Below the pieces are notes generated by a model. The model saw only the letters and a list, made by a program, of their open reading frames with translations, ran no database searches and was not told the origin of the DNA. A stretch of 64,000 nucleotides of DNA from the NCBI RefSeq assembly GCF_004010195.1, contig NC_057752.1, positions 15,672,380-15,736,379 of the forward strand, in the 5' to 3' direction. This DNA is from Chiloscyllium plagiosum. Lineage: Eukaryota. The translations under genes were made by a program, and so were the position numbers. Positions within the stretch are counted from its first letter, which is position 1; every line of letters begins with the position of its first letter. Of this stretch, positions 1 to 14,090 are shown piece by piece.

Positions 1-530
1 TCAGTGACATCACGTACCCTTGCACCTGGGAGGGAACGTACCAAACGTGAGTCTCTCTCGTTCCTACAAAACCGTCTATCTGTGCCCCGAACTATCGAGT
101 CCCCAATTACTATTGCTCTGCTCTTCTCCTCCCTTCCCTTCTGAGTAACGGGGACAGGCTCCGTGTCAGAGGCCTGAGCCCCGTTACTTACCCCTGGTAA
201 GTCATCCCCCCCACAAGTATCCAAAACGGTATACTTGTTCTTGAGGGGAACGTCTGCAGGGGGTCCCTGCACTGGCTGCTTCCTCCCAGTCCCCCTCACT
301 GTCACCCATCTATCTGCCATCTTTGGAGTTACTTCTTCCCTAAAGCTCCGATCTATGACCCCCTCTGCCTCCCGAATGATCCTAAGTTCATCCAACTCCA
401 GCTCCAGTTCCCTAACACGGTCTTGGAGGAGCTGGAGATGGGTGCACTTCCTGCAAGTGTAATCAGCAGGGACGTCCATGGCATCCCTCACCTCAAACAT
501 GTTGCAAGAGGAGCAATATGTTGCAAGAGG
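1..530 (-). mobile_element. CR1 LINE ORF1 fragment (Cys/leucine-zipper region plus SGNH esterase)
   Basis: The minus strand translates to CRKCTHLQLLQDRVRELELELDELRIIREAE...RAIVIGDSIVRGTDRRFC..RDSRLVRSLPGARVRDV, with the GDS motif typical of the CR1 ORF1 esterase. Confidence 0.85.
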
Positions 531-688
531 AGCAACATGTTGCAAGAGGAGCAACATGAGGAGCAACATCAAACATCAGCAGGGACGTCCATGGCATCCC
601 TCACCTCAAACATGTTGCAAGAGGAGCAATATGTTGCAAGAGGAGCAACATGTTGCAAGAGGAGCAACATGAGGAGCAACATCAAACA
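463..688. repeat. 113-bp tandem duplication containing ~19-bp ATGTTGCAAGAGGAGCAAC subrepeats
   Basis: The unit starting tcagcagggacgtccatgg occurs at 463 and 576, at the truncated end of the CR1. Confidence 0.9.
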
Positions 689-789
689 TGTTTTGATGTT
701 CTTCCAGTCGCTCTTTCAAAATAAGGAATAGGTTTCATTCTGAAATGATGTTGTGGTTTTTTTTTTGTTTCTGAATTGGGAGAGATTAT

Positions 790-1330
790 CTGGAGCAGCT
801 TCCTCTCCACTTCAACTTATTATTTGCAGACGTACCCCCAACTCAACTATATCCTCAGAACCTTCGCTCCAATCCAGTGTTCTTCTTACCAGGCATTCTA
901 CCAACTTAACATGTTTTTCAGACAGCTTCTCTGCTACTCAGCTTGTTCTCAATGGATTCCATCCAAATGAATCCAATATCACAATAGCCTCTCCAAGACA
1001 GTCACTGTTCAAAACATATTGACTCATGCAAACTCAACAATTCCAGACACTTTTAATCAAGCTGCATGGAGATGTGAGATACACATAGGGAACAAGGGAT
1101 TTTGTACCCTTCAGTTCTGGGGTAGGGACACTACCACTGCACCACAAGAACCCGACCCTCAACAATCACAGGCACTTACCAGGCAAACCGAGTACAGCAA
1201 TTGCAATGTAGAATATGACCACTTGGATTGGTGGATGCATTTTTCGAGTGAAGAGATCAATTACTTTGTGCTGTGTAATCTATCTTATTCAGAACGGGGG
1301 AACTGCCAAGGGAAACTGTGGTTGTAAAAT
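790..1330 (+). pseudogene. Decayed paralog (copy 1) of the unidentified 34 kb terminal exon
   Basis: Manual alignment: VPPTQLYPQN/FAPIQCS (1-nt frameshift at 862) vs YPPVSSYFQNFPPAQCS; FNQAAWRCEIHIGNKGF vs FNMGTVGRELIVSTQDF. Contains frameshifts. Confidence 0.55.
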
Positions 1331-1444
1331 TATTCGAGTTGATTATTTTCTGGAGAATTCACAAACAAGGATTACGACAGCCGAGTTAACTCCCTGGTGA
1401 TAGAAATGTTTTGGACGGCTATGTAGCTCTCCTGAGATGAATTA

Positions 1445-1660
1445 GAGATGCCGGTGTTGGACTAGGGTGTACAAAGTAAAAAATCACACAACACCAAGTT
1501 ATAGTCCAACAGGTTTAATTGGAAGCACACTAGCTTTCGGAGCGATTCTCCTTCATCAGGTGATTGTCAATCACCTGATGAAGGAGCATCGCTCCGAAAG
1601 CTAGTGTGCTTCCAATTAAACCTGTTGGACTATAACCTGGTGCTGTGTGATTTTTAACTT
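1445..1660. mobile_element. Palindromic short interspersed repeat, probably derived from a Penelope-like terminal repeat
   Basis: Near-perfect inverted arms of ~90 bp centred near 1567. Related copies lie at ~30968-31160 and ~55250-55370. Confidence 0.65.
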
Positions 1661-1734
1661 CCTGAGATGAAAACATTCAATCGAGACATTCTTAGGCTCA
1701 AAGATATCACAAAGAACGCCCGCCCAGCATTTTC

Positions 1735-2035
1735 ATCATAGAACCCTGACAGTGTGGAAACAGGCCACTTGACCAAAAAGACCACAGTGACCCATCAGCA
1801 TTATCCCAGATTAATGCACCTAAGTTACACATCACTGAACGATATGGGCAACTTTGCATGGACAATTGACTTAACCCTCACATGTTTGGAATGTGGGGGG
1901 AGACCAGAGAAAACCCACACAGACACAGGGAGAATGTGCAAACACCACACACACAGTGGCACGAGGCTGGAATTGAACTCCGGTCCCTGGTGCTTTGAGA
2001 CAGCAATGCGATCCACTTCGCCACCATACCACCCG
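1735..2035 (-). mobile_element. HE1-like tRNA-derived SINE
   Basis: Diverged match to the intact copy at 11214-11544 (ggaaacccac..cagacacagggagaatgtgcaaac..cacacagt core). Confidence 0.75.
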
Positions 2036-2149
2036 AAATGATTGGGCCCGCCCAGGTGGCAGGTTTTGTCACAGGGTCTGTGCTTGTCCCAATCAGCAAC
2101 CCCACTTCAACCATCTCTTCACTGTCTCACTCGGCTAGATCAAGAGTAA

Positions 2150-2660
2150 TGTGTCCAGTTCTCGTCGCCCTCTTGTAGAAAGGATAAAATTAAGCTGGAG
2201 AGTGTTCAGAAAAGATTTACCCAGATGTTCCCAGGAATGAAAGGTTTCAGTTTTAGGGAGAGGCTGGAGAGACTTGGACTGTTTTCACTGGAGTGTAGGA
2301 GGTTGAGTGGTGACTTTATAAAGATTTATAAAATTATGAGGTGTATAAATGAGGTGAATGGCAGGTCTCTTTTCTCTCTGGTGGGGGATTTCCAGAATGG
2401 GGGCATGTTTTAGGGTGAAAGGAGAAAACAGACATGAGGGTATTTGGTTTTACACACAGAGTGCTTTGTGTGTCGAATGAACACCCAGAGAACATGGTGG
2501 ATGTGGGCACAGTTACAACATTTACATAAATACATGAATGAGAAATGTTTGGAGGGATATGGGCCAAGGGTGGGCAGGTGGGACGAGTTTATTTTGGAGT
2601 TATGGTCAGCATGGACTGGTTGGACTAAAAGGTCTGTTTCCATGCTGCATGACTCTCTGA
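2150..2660 (+). mobile_element. CR1 LINE 3' end
   Basis: Translates to PGMKGFSFRERLERLGLFSLECRRLSGDFIKIYKIM, the CR1 ORF2 C-terminus, followed by a gactct tail. Confidence 0.85.
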
Positions 2661-3284
2661 CTCTGTGTCTCGGTGATTGAGTTGATTCGTCAATGCCCTT
2701 CAGATTCAATCTTTCTTACCCACACTCCAAGACCATTCATTTCAAATCCTAACCATTGTCCTATTAAAGAAACGTTTTGCATTAGGACACTATTTCATTC
2801 CTTGCCATTCAGTGTGTATCTGTGTCTTTGATGAACTTGCCCCCAACTTCTTTGGCGCATTGTGGATCTCTCTTTGCTTCTCTTACCTTTCTGAGTCTCT
2901 GCAACACGCCATCTCTAGAAAGTGGGGTCTCTGTAACATTTCTCTCCCTGATACACTCTCTGAAGGCATTTGATGAAACATACTGCCCAGAACGTGACAC
3001 AATCGGCAGGATTTACACTCCCACTGGATGTGTCAAGGGTTGTGAATTTTCAGTTCTTCATCTCATATATTGAAGGTTGCATTTTCTTCCTTCAGACTGA
3101 ACTTGATAATTAAACCAATGGGGCATCTAACCTCTCCCCGAATTTTGTTCACGCCTGTCGATTAGGGATTTTTCCTTACCTTCCAGGAATATTCTATCCC
3201 CATCCAAATTATCAAATCGGCGCTGATATGGACCGTATTCACCAAATGTCATTTGTAACTTCATTGCACTTTCTCATCCCTCCC

Positions 3285-5700
3285 AGGTGGACAACATCCC
3301 AGAGTTATGAAGGAGAGATTGGAGGAGATTGTGGAGACATTGGTGGTGATCTTCTAGGAATCACTGGAGTCAGGGAGGGTCCCAGAGGACTGGAAAATGA
3401 CTAATGTGACATATCCCTTTAGGGCGGGAGGGAGAACACAGGAAACTACGGACTAGTTCGCTTGACCTTGATTATTGGTCAGATTTTAGAGTCCATTCTG
3501 ACCCATAGACCCAGACAAATGATACAGCACAGAAGAGGTCCATTTGGCTCATCTTGGTCACACTGACCCAAAGACACACAGGTACCTTTCTAATCCCATC
3601 TTCCACTACACGTCCCATAGACGGCAGCTTACAGCACCTACAGTGTAGATTCAGGTACGTTTTAAAAGAGTTTGGGGTCTCTGCCTTCACCACTAACTCA
3701 GAGAGTGAACTGCAGACAGCCACCACCCTCTGTGTAAAAACGTTTTTCCTCACATCCCCTCTAATCCTTCTGCCACTTCACTGAATCGATGAGCCCTAGG
3801 GTTTGAACTCTCTGCCAAGGTAAACAGGTTCCTCCTGTCCACTCCATCGCAACTTTTGGACACATGGATATTACGGGTGAGCTTGTGGAGTAATTGGAAG
3901 TGCATGGTGAAATAGGGCTGAGTCAGCAGGCTTCATCAGGAGGAGGTCATGCTGGACAAACGTGTTTGAATCCTTTGAGGAAGTAATGAGCAAGTAAAGC
4001 AAAGGCGAGCTCATGAATCTGATTTATTTGGACTTCCAGAAGGCCTTTGACAAGGTGCTGCATAGGAGCCTTTGAAATAAGATGAAAGTCCATGGCATTA
4101 GGGCAAGGCAGTGGCACAGTTAGAGGATTGGTGGACTGGCAGATGGCAAAGAGTGGGGATAAAAGGGTCTTTTTACACGATGGCAGCCAGTGACTGGTGG
4201 ATTTTCGTAGTGGCACATTAATGATCTGAATGAAGGAACCTGAGGGCATTCATTACTAAGTTTGCAGATGACACAAGGGTAGGTGAAGGGACAGAGTGTT
4301 GAGGAAGTGGAGAGGCTGCAGAAGGACTTGGACAGGTTAGGGGAGTGGGCAAAGAAATGGCAGATGGAATACAATGTGGGAAAGGGTGAGCTTATGCACT
4401 TGGTAGGAAGAATAGCGATGTAGACTACTTTCAAAATAGGGAAAGGTTTCAGAAATCTGAAGCACAAAGGGACTTGGGAGTCCGATTACAGGATTTTCTT
4501 AAAGTTAACGTGCAGGTTCAGTTGGTACTTAGCAAATGCAATGTTAGCGTTCATTGTGAGAGGGTTAGAATACAAGAGCAGGGATGTACTGCTGAGGCTG
4601 TACAAGGCTGCTGTCGGACTGCATTTGGAATATTGTGAGCCGTGTTGGGCTCCCTATCGAAGGAGAGGGTTCAGAGAAGGTCTACAAGAATGATTCAGGG
4701 AATGAAGTGTTTGTCATAGAGTCAGAAAATTGTACAGCACAGAAACAGACTTGTCAGTCCAACTCGTCCATGCCGACCGCAATCTAGTCCCATTTGCCAG
4801 CACTTGGCCCATCCTATTCATATAGCCATTCAGATGCCTTTTAAATGCTGCATTTGAACCAGCCTCCACCACTTCCTCTGGCAGCTCATTCCATACACGT
4901 ACCACCCTATGTGTGAAAACGCTGTCCCTTCGGTCCCTTTTATATCTTTCCCCTGTCACCCTAAACCTATGCCCTCTAGTTCTGGACTCCCCCACCCCAG
5001 GGAAAAGACCGCGTCCATTTATCCTATCCATGCCCCTCATGATTTTATAAACCTCTACAAGGTCACCCCTCAGCCTCCGATGCTCCAGGGAAAACAGCCC
5101 CAGGCTGTTCAGCGTCTCCCTATAGCTCGAACCCTCCAACCCTGGCAACATCCTTGTAAATCTTTTCTGAACCCTTTCAAGTTTCACAGCATCCCTCTGA
5201 CAGGAAGGAGACCAGAATCGCGCACAATATTACAAAAGTGGCCTAACCAATGTCCTGGACAGCTGCAACATGACCTCCCAACTCCTGTACTCAATGCTCT
5301 GACTATTAAACGAAAGCATAACAAACGCCTTCTTCACTAGCCTATCATCTGCAAATGCACTTTCAAGGAACAATGAATATGCACTCTGAGGTCTCTTTGT
5401 TCAGAAACACTCCCTAGGATCTTATCATTCAGTGTATAAGTCCTGCCCTGATTTGCACTCGATGGTGTTCAGAAGGATGAGGGGGGATTTGATCAAAACG
5501 TGCAGAAAACCGAGAGGCCTGGATAGGATGGACATGAAGATGGTTCTTCCACTAGTAGGAGAGACAACTCGAGTGCACAACCTCAGAGTTAAGGGACGAC
5601 CCTTTCGAACTGAGATGATGAGGAATGTCTTCAGCCAGAGGGTGGAGAATCTATGGGACTCATTGCTGCAGAAGGCCAGAGAAACCAAGTTATTGAGATT
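3285..5700 (+). mobile_element. Degenerate CR1 ORF2 interrupted by two minus-strand CR1 3' fragments (~3505-3850 and ~4715-5435)
   Basis: RT-region motifs (YLDFQKAFDKV, KFADDT) on +, resuming at ~5450 with FRRMRGDLIKTC. The nested minus ORF 4714-5187 reads ERVQKRFTRMLPGLEG. Confidence 0.85.
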
Positions 5701-5829
5701 TCGAGGATGCAGCTGTATTACCATTCGGACAAGAGGCTTTGTTGGTCTGTATCAGTTTGACTGCCTTTTATATTTTGACCATCGACGTGGTGCACGTGGA
5801 CTAATTTTGAACACGCGAGACTTTGGATG

Positions 5830-6670
5830 AAAGAGTGACTGGCTCTCCAACAATCTCAGTGAGTGAGGAGCGGAACTGGGGAACCAGGGATAGAGAGACT
5901 GGTCCTCGAACAATCTCAGTGAGTGAGTGGCGGTACTGGAGGACCAGGAATAGAGAGACTGGTCCTCTAACAATCTCAGTGAGTGAGGAGCGGAACTGGG
6001 GAACCAGGTATAGAGAGACTGGTCCTCGAACAATCTCAGTGAGTGAGTGGCGGGACTGGAGGACCAGGAATAGAGAGACTGGTCCTCTAACAATCTCAGT
6101 GAGGGAGGGGCTATACTGAAGAAGCAGGGCTTACAGACTTGTCCTCCAACAACCCAAGTCTCTGAGGGGCAAAACTGGAGGGGAGCAGGGATTGAGGGTC
6201 TGCTACTCCTACAATCTCAGTGAGTGAGGGGCAGGGTTAAGGACCAAAGGAGAGAGACTGTGATTCTCCAACAATCTCAGTGACTGAGGGATGAATCTCA
6301 AGCAGCAGTGGCAGAGATGCAGTTTCTTCAAGAATCTGAGTGTGTGACGGGCTACTGGAGTGGCAGGGGCAGAGAGACTGGTCCTCCATCAATCTCAGTG
6401 AATGAGGGGCGGGACTGGAGGACCAGGGATAGAGAGAGAGACAGGCCCTCCAACAATCTCAGTGAGTGAGAGGCGGAGCTGGAGGAGCAGTGATAGAGAG
6501 ACTGGTCCCCTAACAATCTCAGTGAGTGAGGGGCGGGACTGGAGGACCAGGGATAGAGAGAGACTGGCCCTCCAACAATCTCAGTGAGTGAGGGGCAGGA
6601 CTGGAGGAGCAGGGATAGAGACACTGGTCCTCCAACAATCTCAGTGAGTGAGGGGTGGGACTGGAGGACT
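5830..6670. repeat. ~59-60 bp minisatellite with GC-box and internal hairpin
   Basis: About 14 units of ACAATCTCAGTGAGTGAGGGGCGGGACTGGAGGACCAGGGATAGAGAGACTGGTCCTCCA, with a 120-bp dimer at 5850-6090. Confidence 0.95.
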
Positions 6671-7607
6671 GAATGGGGAAACATCACATCTCCAACGATC
6701 CGAGTTTTGATGTTTCAAGTTTGTGGGATGACAGTGACCGGCGGGCAGTGAAACACTGGCCACTTTGTGGGTTTCAAATGTTAGTGATAGTCTACCTTCC
6801 ATTGGGTGAGGAGCAACACGTTTTAGTCCCAACTGTTCCTGCCTTAACTTGTTGATTAAAAAGGGAAAGGCATCAAAAATGATCTTTCTTGTCTGTTTGA
6901 ACATCGAGACCCACACAGCAGTCTGGAATAAGCACTGGGTGCAGTTCGAAGTTTGAGGATAAGACTTAAAGCGATTCTGCATGGGAGTGGGACGCGTGAG
7001 ACAGGGATTGACAAAGAGTGATTCTGGATCTAGTCGCAGAGGCAGGGAGAGTGTGTGGGACAGGGATTTACAGAGCGTGGTTCTGTACTGAGTCCCAGGC
7101 GAAGGAGAGGGTGTGGTCGCGGAGATTTACAGAGTGTGATTCTGGATTCAGTCCCAGGAGGCAGGAGAGGGTGTTGTCAGACCGTGATCTGATTTCAGGA
7201 ATGGCAAATGCACCTGGAATTGTGTGTTCTGAATTTCTTTCCTGTGCTTATTCAGGGCTTTGGTGATCCCATTTTTCTAGGGGCTTTGGAGCTTTGAAGC
7301 AGTGTATTTCCTGCCATCTAATTTGCATCATATATCTCACCATTATTTGGCAATCACTGACTTCATCAAGACTTCAATATTACCATGCTTTGCATATTTA
7401 TATCTGATTTGACGGTGAAAAATATTTCAGACATCACTGTGACTGCAAGTGTTCTCATGAACTGTGGCAAGAACTGTAACCAGTTCCAGAGTGTAAGAAA
7501 GCATTGCAACATTGATACGAGGGAGAAATTAATGTGTGTGTGTGCACCTCCATGTATGTGGATAAATCTTCTACTGATTGTCCACCATGGAGAGAGATAA
7601 GGAAGCC

Positions 7608-8600
<993 letters not shown>

Positions 8601-8645
8601 GTGACTGCAGGGATATGTTTCTGCTGTTAACTCAGTTAAACAGAT

Positions 8646-9479
8646 TGTGATGTCAGGTGTGCTACAGACGTTAAGATAATTTGTTCTTGGGTTTGGAATT
8701 TGAACTAGTGGTATGTGGTTTTGGTCTGTGTGAACCCATAACCTCTCAACCAAAATGCAAGAGGGGACAGTTTGTGAAGTGATAATGGGAGTTTTACTTG
8801 CTTTGTGAGAGGTTTACAGAGCAACATTTGAAATACATTGTTCTCAACCAAAGGCAAACTAATGAATTGATTTTTTGTTTTTGTTTTGCTTATTTGAAAA
8901 ACTGGGATCAGAAAACATTTGGTTTGAATTCATAGAAGACCTGGTTGAAGTGAGACCAATTTCTCCAGGAGAAAGGAGTTAGTTCAGAACAGTTAGAAAA
9001 TAGTTTCTCTCAGTGTAGACTTTAATTTGAAAGTTTCAGACCAGAAGTGTTTAGTTAGAGCCTTGAAGGGGTATTTGAAGCTGAGAAAGTTGAAGCTCAG
9101 TTGTGTAAATAATCAAGAACATGTCTATCAAACTCGCAAGACCAGGAATTAAAATAAATAGTTAAGTCCAACGTGTAATGTGGTCGAGAAGGGAGCTCTC
9201 TAGTATCTGAGTACTGTAAAGTGATGGTGTGGGAAAAATGGAATGTTATTCTACTGCGTTTTGAAATTATTCAAATGGTGTTATATGTAAATAGCTTAGT
9301 TTGTTCTATTGAACTTTAGTTTCTTTTGCGTAATAAACTTCTGTTTTAAAACTCGAGCATTGTGTGCTTACATTTCAGTGAATGGTCATGTTGTTAAATA
9401 AAAAAAAGAAATTCTATCAAGCCAGGTTTCTTTCTGGCATATGACTTGTCCCGTAATACCATCAGGTAGGATCATAACA
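8646..9479 (+). mobile_element. Probable solo LTR
   Basis: TGTGAT...ATAACA termini and AATAAA at 9332. The 3' end resembles the triplicated LTR-like unit at 11.6-17.3 kb. No clean TSD seen. Confidence 0.45.
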
Positions 9480-9769
9480 GAAGTCAATGAGGACATTCCC
9501 TTTGTTAGAAAGACCCAATAATGTTTCAAACTCTGAAGAAATAGTATTGAATATGAGAAGGAATAACCTCCTGTCAGTACAGTCTAGGCTTGTTATGTTT
9601 GACAAGGACATGTCTCTTGCATAAACCCTGAAACTTGATAGAGTGGGGAATCTTTTGACTCATATGTCGACCAGCTGTCTCGAGTAGACGTTCAACAGAA
9701 TGTTCCAGGAAGCCAGAAAATGACTTCATGGACCTCTGATAGAAATAGGTGGGAGTACCTTGAATATCT

Positions 9770-11110
9770 GACCCTTGCTGCTGTCTATTCTCTGCTTCCT
9801 GTTAGCCATTTAATCTTCTACGCATGCCAATATGTTACCATTAATGCCATGAACTTTTATTTATAAACTTTATGTGCCACCTTATCAAATGCCTTCTGAA
9901 AATCTAAATGCTATTTAAGTACTTTTATTTACATCACTAGTTATTTCTTCAAAGAACTAGAATAAATTAGTTAAACATGATTTTTCTTTGACGCAGCCAT
10001 CCTGGCTCTGACTGATTACTTTGAACTTATCTAAGTTCCCTGTTATACGAATAAAAAAAAAGTCCCCAGATTCACTTTCTTAACTCTTTTCTGGCTCTCT
10101 GAGAACAGTATTCCCTGTCTGTTTTAATATTTTTGGGCTAACTTGCTCTTGCATTCTACTTTTTTCCCTCCTCAATATTTTCAGAATTCTTTGCTTCTTT
10201 TCATATTCTTTCAAATCTTCTGACATAGGTTTAAGGTGAGAGGGGAAAGATTTAAAAGGGACAACTCTTTTCATGCAGAGGGTGGTGTGTGTCTGGAATG
10301 AGCTGCCAGAGGAAGTGGTGGAGGCTGGTACAATGACAACATTTAAGAGGCATCTGGATAGGTATATGAATAGGAAGGGTTTAGGGGGATATGCGCCAAG
10401 TGCTGGTAAAATTGGAATGGAGTAAATGAGAATATCTGGTTGGCATGGACAAGTTAGACTGAAGAGTCTGTTTCCGGGCGGTACAGCTCTACGGGGAGAA
10501 AGTGAGGACTGCAGATGCTGGAGATCAGAGGTGAAAATGTTTTGCTGGAAAAGCACAGCAGCTGAAAAATCCTGAAGAAGTGCTTATGCCCGAAACGTCG
10601 ATTCCCCTGGTCTATGACCCTATGACCTACCACTACCTTTCACAACCATATTTTCTTTAAGTTTGACCTTTTGTTTTGTTAACCACAGATGGGGAATTTC
10701 AAATTTATTTGTTGCAATGTATCCATTCTGTGCTTTCTGAAACATCTTTTAAATGTTTGCTAATGCATCTCCATCGACATATCCCTTAACTTAGTCCACT
10801 TTGGCTTGTTCTGCTCTTGTGGTCTCATAATTGCCCTTATTTAAATTCAAAATAGTCGTCTTCGACCAAACTTCTCTCCCTTAAACTGTATGTAAAATTC
10901 AATTTTATTCTGGACACTGCTGCCCAGAGATACTTTTGTTATGAGCTCAATAATTAATCCTACCTCGTTGGTCAAAACCAGATTTGAGTAGACCTGCTCT
11001 CAAGTTGGTACCATAAGGTGCTGTTCTCAGAAATTGTCCTGAAAACATTCAATGAATTCCTCAAATAGACATTTTCCCATTTGATTTTTCAGGGAAGTTA
11101 AATTCCCATT
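9770..11110 (-). mobile_element. Old CR1 fragments (-) with a nested + CR1 3' end (10225-10490) and a Penelope-like terminal repeat (10496-10610)
   Basis: Reverse DFQKAFDKV motif (ccttatcaaatgccttctgaaaatc); typical CR1 3' sequence; gagaaagtgaggactgcagatgctggagatcagag repeat head. Confidence 0.7.
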
Positions 11111-11213
11111 TTATCTGTTTCTGCCTAGGGGACTGATTGCAATTTGTGTTTGTGATTGGTGAGAGGGACTGAATGCAATGTGTGCGTAGTAGTGGAGCAG
11201 AATTGATTACAAT

Positions 11214-11544
11214 TAGATTAGATTACATTAGATTAGATTACATTACAGTGTGGAAACAGGCCCTTCGGCCCAACAAGTCCACACCGACCCGCCGAAGCGA
11301 AACCCACCCATACCCCTACATTTACCCCTTACCTAACACTACGGGCAATTTAGCATGGCCAATTCACCTGACCCTGCACATCTTTTGGACTGTGGGAGGA
11401 AACCGGAGCACCCGGAGGAAACCCACGCAGACACGGGGAGAACGTGCAAACTCCACACAGTCAGTCGCCTGAGGCGGGTATTGAACCCGGGTCTCAGGCG
11501 CTGCGAGGCAGCAGTGCTAACCACTGTGCCACCGTGCCGCCCAC
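11214..11544 (-). mobile_element. Young full-length HE1-like SINE with 8-bp TSD
   Basis: tRNA-like head GGCGGCACGGTGGCACAGTGGTTAGCAC...GGGTTCAATACCC, a (TAATC)n-type tail, and TSD ATTACAAT at 11206-11213 and 11545-11552. CpGs are retained. Confidence 0.9.
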
Positions 11545-11595
11545 ATTACAATGTCTGTGTGTCATTAGGGGAAGATGTTGCACGCATGTGTTTCT

Positions 11596-12032
11596 TGTCA
11601 TAATCCCAATTGGTGTTATGACTGGTCACATTGAATCGCGCTGAAAGCTGGCCTGGTTGATCATATTTTCCTTTACATCTCCAGCTAAATACTTCTACAA
11701 ACTTCAAATACAAAACCCAAAAGCATGTTTTTCTCTAATCTATGGACAATATCACTGACCAAACAAAGAAAGTAATCTCTGAGCTTCTGACCTCAATGCC
11801 TAATGCGCAACACTGGTTTCTTTATTCAGCCGTAAACTCTTCCAATGTAAACAAGTTACCATTAGCCTCACAGAACTGCGTCTGGAAGAATCCTTTTAAA
11901 AGCAGTTACCCATGGTGACAGGAATCCTACGGGTTAATCATTAAATTCTGTCAGGCAGACAGAAAAGCCACATGCCAAATTCCAATATTTAAAAATAAAT
12001 GATCTTCAAACATAAATAAAACACACTCTACA
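11596..12032 (-). repeat. LTR-like ~440 bp unit, copy A of 3
   Basis: Clearly similar to 15639-16079 and 16845-17278. On the minus strand it reads TGTA...GGGATTATGACA with an internal AATAAA. Confidence 0.7.
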
Positions 12033-12233
12033 TCGCAGTGTGAGTACTGATGGAGACAGATAGATTACAATGTGTGTGTAATAGGGGAGATGTATGGAAT
12101 ACAATGTGTGCGTGTAGTGGGGCAAAAGGACATATTATAATGTGAGTGTATGTCATGGAAAAATGGGCTGATTACAAGATGTGTCTGTTTAGGGAGGGAG
12201 AGAAAGATATTATAAATATGTGTGGTGATAGAC

Positions 12234-12274
<41 letters not shown>

Positions 12275-12302
12275 GGTGGAAATTGACAAATTACAATGTG
12301 TA

Positions 12303-14090
12303 TGTCATAGAGTCCTACAGCATGGAGACACACTTCGTCCCAAACTGGTCCATGCCGACCAAAATGTCTATCCACGCTAACCCCATTTCCCTGCACTTGG
12401 GCCATATCCCTCTAATCCTTTCCTATCCATGTATTTGTCCAGATGCCTTTTAAATGTTATTAATATACCCACCTCAACCACTTCCACTGACAGCTCATTC
12501 CATTTGTGTACCACCCTCTGTGTAAGAAAGTCGACCTGAGGTTCCCTTTTATTCTTCCCCCTCTAACCTTAAATTGATGCCCTCTAGTCCTCGATTCCCA
12601 ATCCTGGGAAAAAGACTAAGTGCATCCACCTTATCCATGCCTCTCATGATCTTATACACCTCTATAAGGTCCCCCCCTCACTCTCCTACACTCTAAAGAA
12701 AAAGTCCTAGCTTGTTCAACCTCTCCCTATAACTCAGACCCTCGAGTCCAGGCAGCACCCTGGTAAATGTCTTCTGCACTCTTTCCAGTTTAATAACATC
12801 CTTCCTAACGTAAGGTGACCAAAATTGCACACCACACTCCAAGTGCAGACTCACCACCGTCCTGTACAACTTCAATATAACTTCCCAACTTCTCTATTCA
12901 ATGCCCTGACTGGTGAAGACCAAAAGCCTTCTTCCCTGCCCTGTCTACCTGGGACTCCACTTTCAGAGAACCATGCAACTGAACTCCAAGGTCCCTCTGT
13001 TTCACTACAATCCTTAAGGCCCTATCATTCATCATGAAACCCCCTGATTTGATTTGCCTTTCCAAAATGCAAGACCTCACGCTTATCTACATTAAACTCC
13101 ATTTGCCATTTCAAGGTCCTGCTGCAATTTCTGACAATCTTCCTCACCATCCATGATACCTCCTATTTTAGTGTCATATGCAAACTTAGTAATCATACCT
13201 TGTACATTCTTATCCAAATCATTCATATAGATAACAAACCGAATGGGCCCAGAACCAACACCCGAAGCACTCCACTAGTCACAGGCCTCCAGTCCAACAA
13301 GCATCCTTCCACTATTACACTCTGCTCTCTCCCATCAAAACTATTGCATCTCCAATTTGCCACCTCTCCATGGATTCCATGCAATCTTGCCTTCCAGAGT
13401 AGCCAACCATGTGGAACCTTATCAGAGGCCTTACTGAAATCCATGTAGACTACACCGACCACCCTGCCCTCATCAACATTCCTGGTCACTTCATCAAAGA
13501 ACTCTTAGCAAATTTGTGAGGTATGATCTCCCATGCACAAAGCCATGCTGACTGCTCCTAATCAAGCCCTCTCTTTCCAAATGCATGAATATCTTTTCCC
13601 TCGGAATCTTCTCAAGTAACTTACCTACCACAGATGTTAGGCTTACAGGTTCCCAGGATTTGTTTTTGCAGCCCTCCTTGAATAATGGCACAACATTCAC
13701 TACCCTCCAGTCTTCCGGGACCTCACCCATGGCTAACGATGATGTAAAGATATCAGCCAGGGCCCTGCAATTTCTTCTTTCGCCTCTTGCAGGATTCTTG
13801 GAAGTCAGGAACAGTAGATGTATCCATCTTCGTACATTCTAATATGTCTAACACCTCCTCTACTGTGCCCAAGATATGGCCACTAACTTTCCCAAGTCTT
13901 CATGTCTTTCTCCATGGGAAACACAGAGGAGGAAAAATCATTGAGGACTTCACCCATCTCCTGCAGTTCCACACATTCATATCCACTTTGGTCCTGGAGG
14001 GGTCCTATACTCTCTCTAGCTATTATTTTTCCTTTGATATACTTAAAGAATCTCTAATCTTCTCAGCCAAAACTATCTTATTCCCCCTTG
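12303..14090 (-). mobile_element. CR1 LINE ORF2 (RT plus 3' end), 5'-truncated
   Basis: ORF fragments VPEDWRVVNVVPLFK, YMDFSKASDKVPH, QRDLGV and CGVQFWSPYVRKDV. Confidence 0.9.

Noticed and set aside
5830..6670. CRISPR-like array with palindromic repeats
   Set aside because: Whole units repeat with no unique spacers, there are no cas genes, and the context is vertebrate, so it is a minisatellite.
11214..11544. tRNA gene in the SINE heads (also 39103 and 62730)
   Set aside because: A/B boxes are present but run into a SINE body and tail with a TSD, with no complete cloverleaf.
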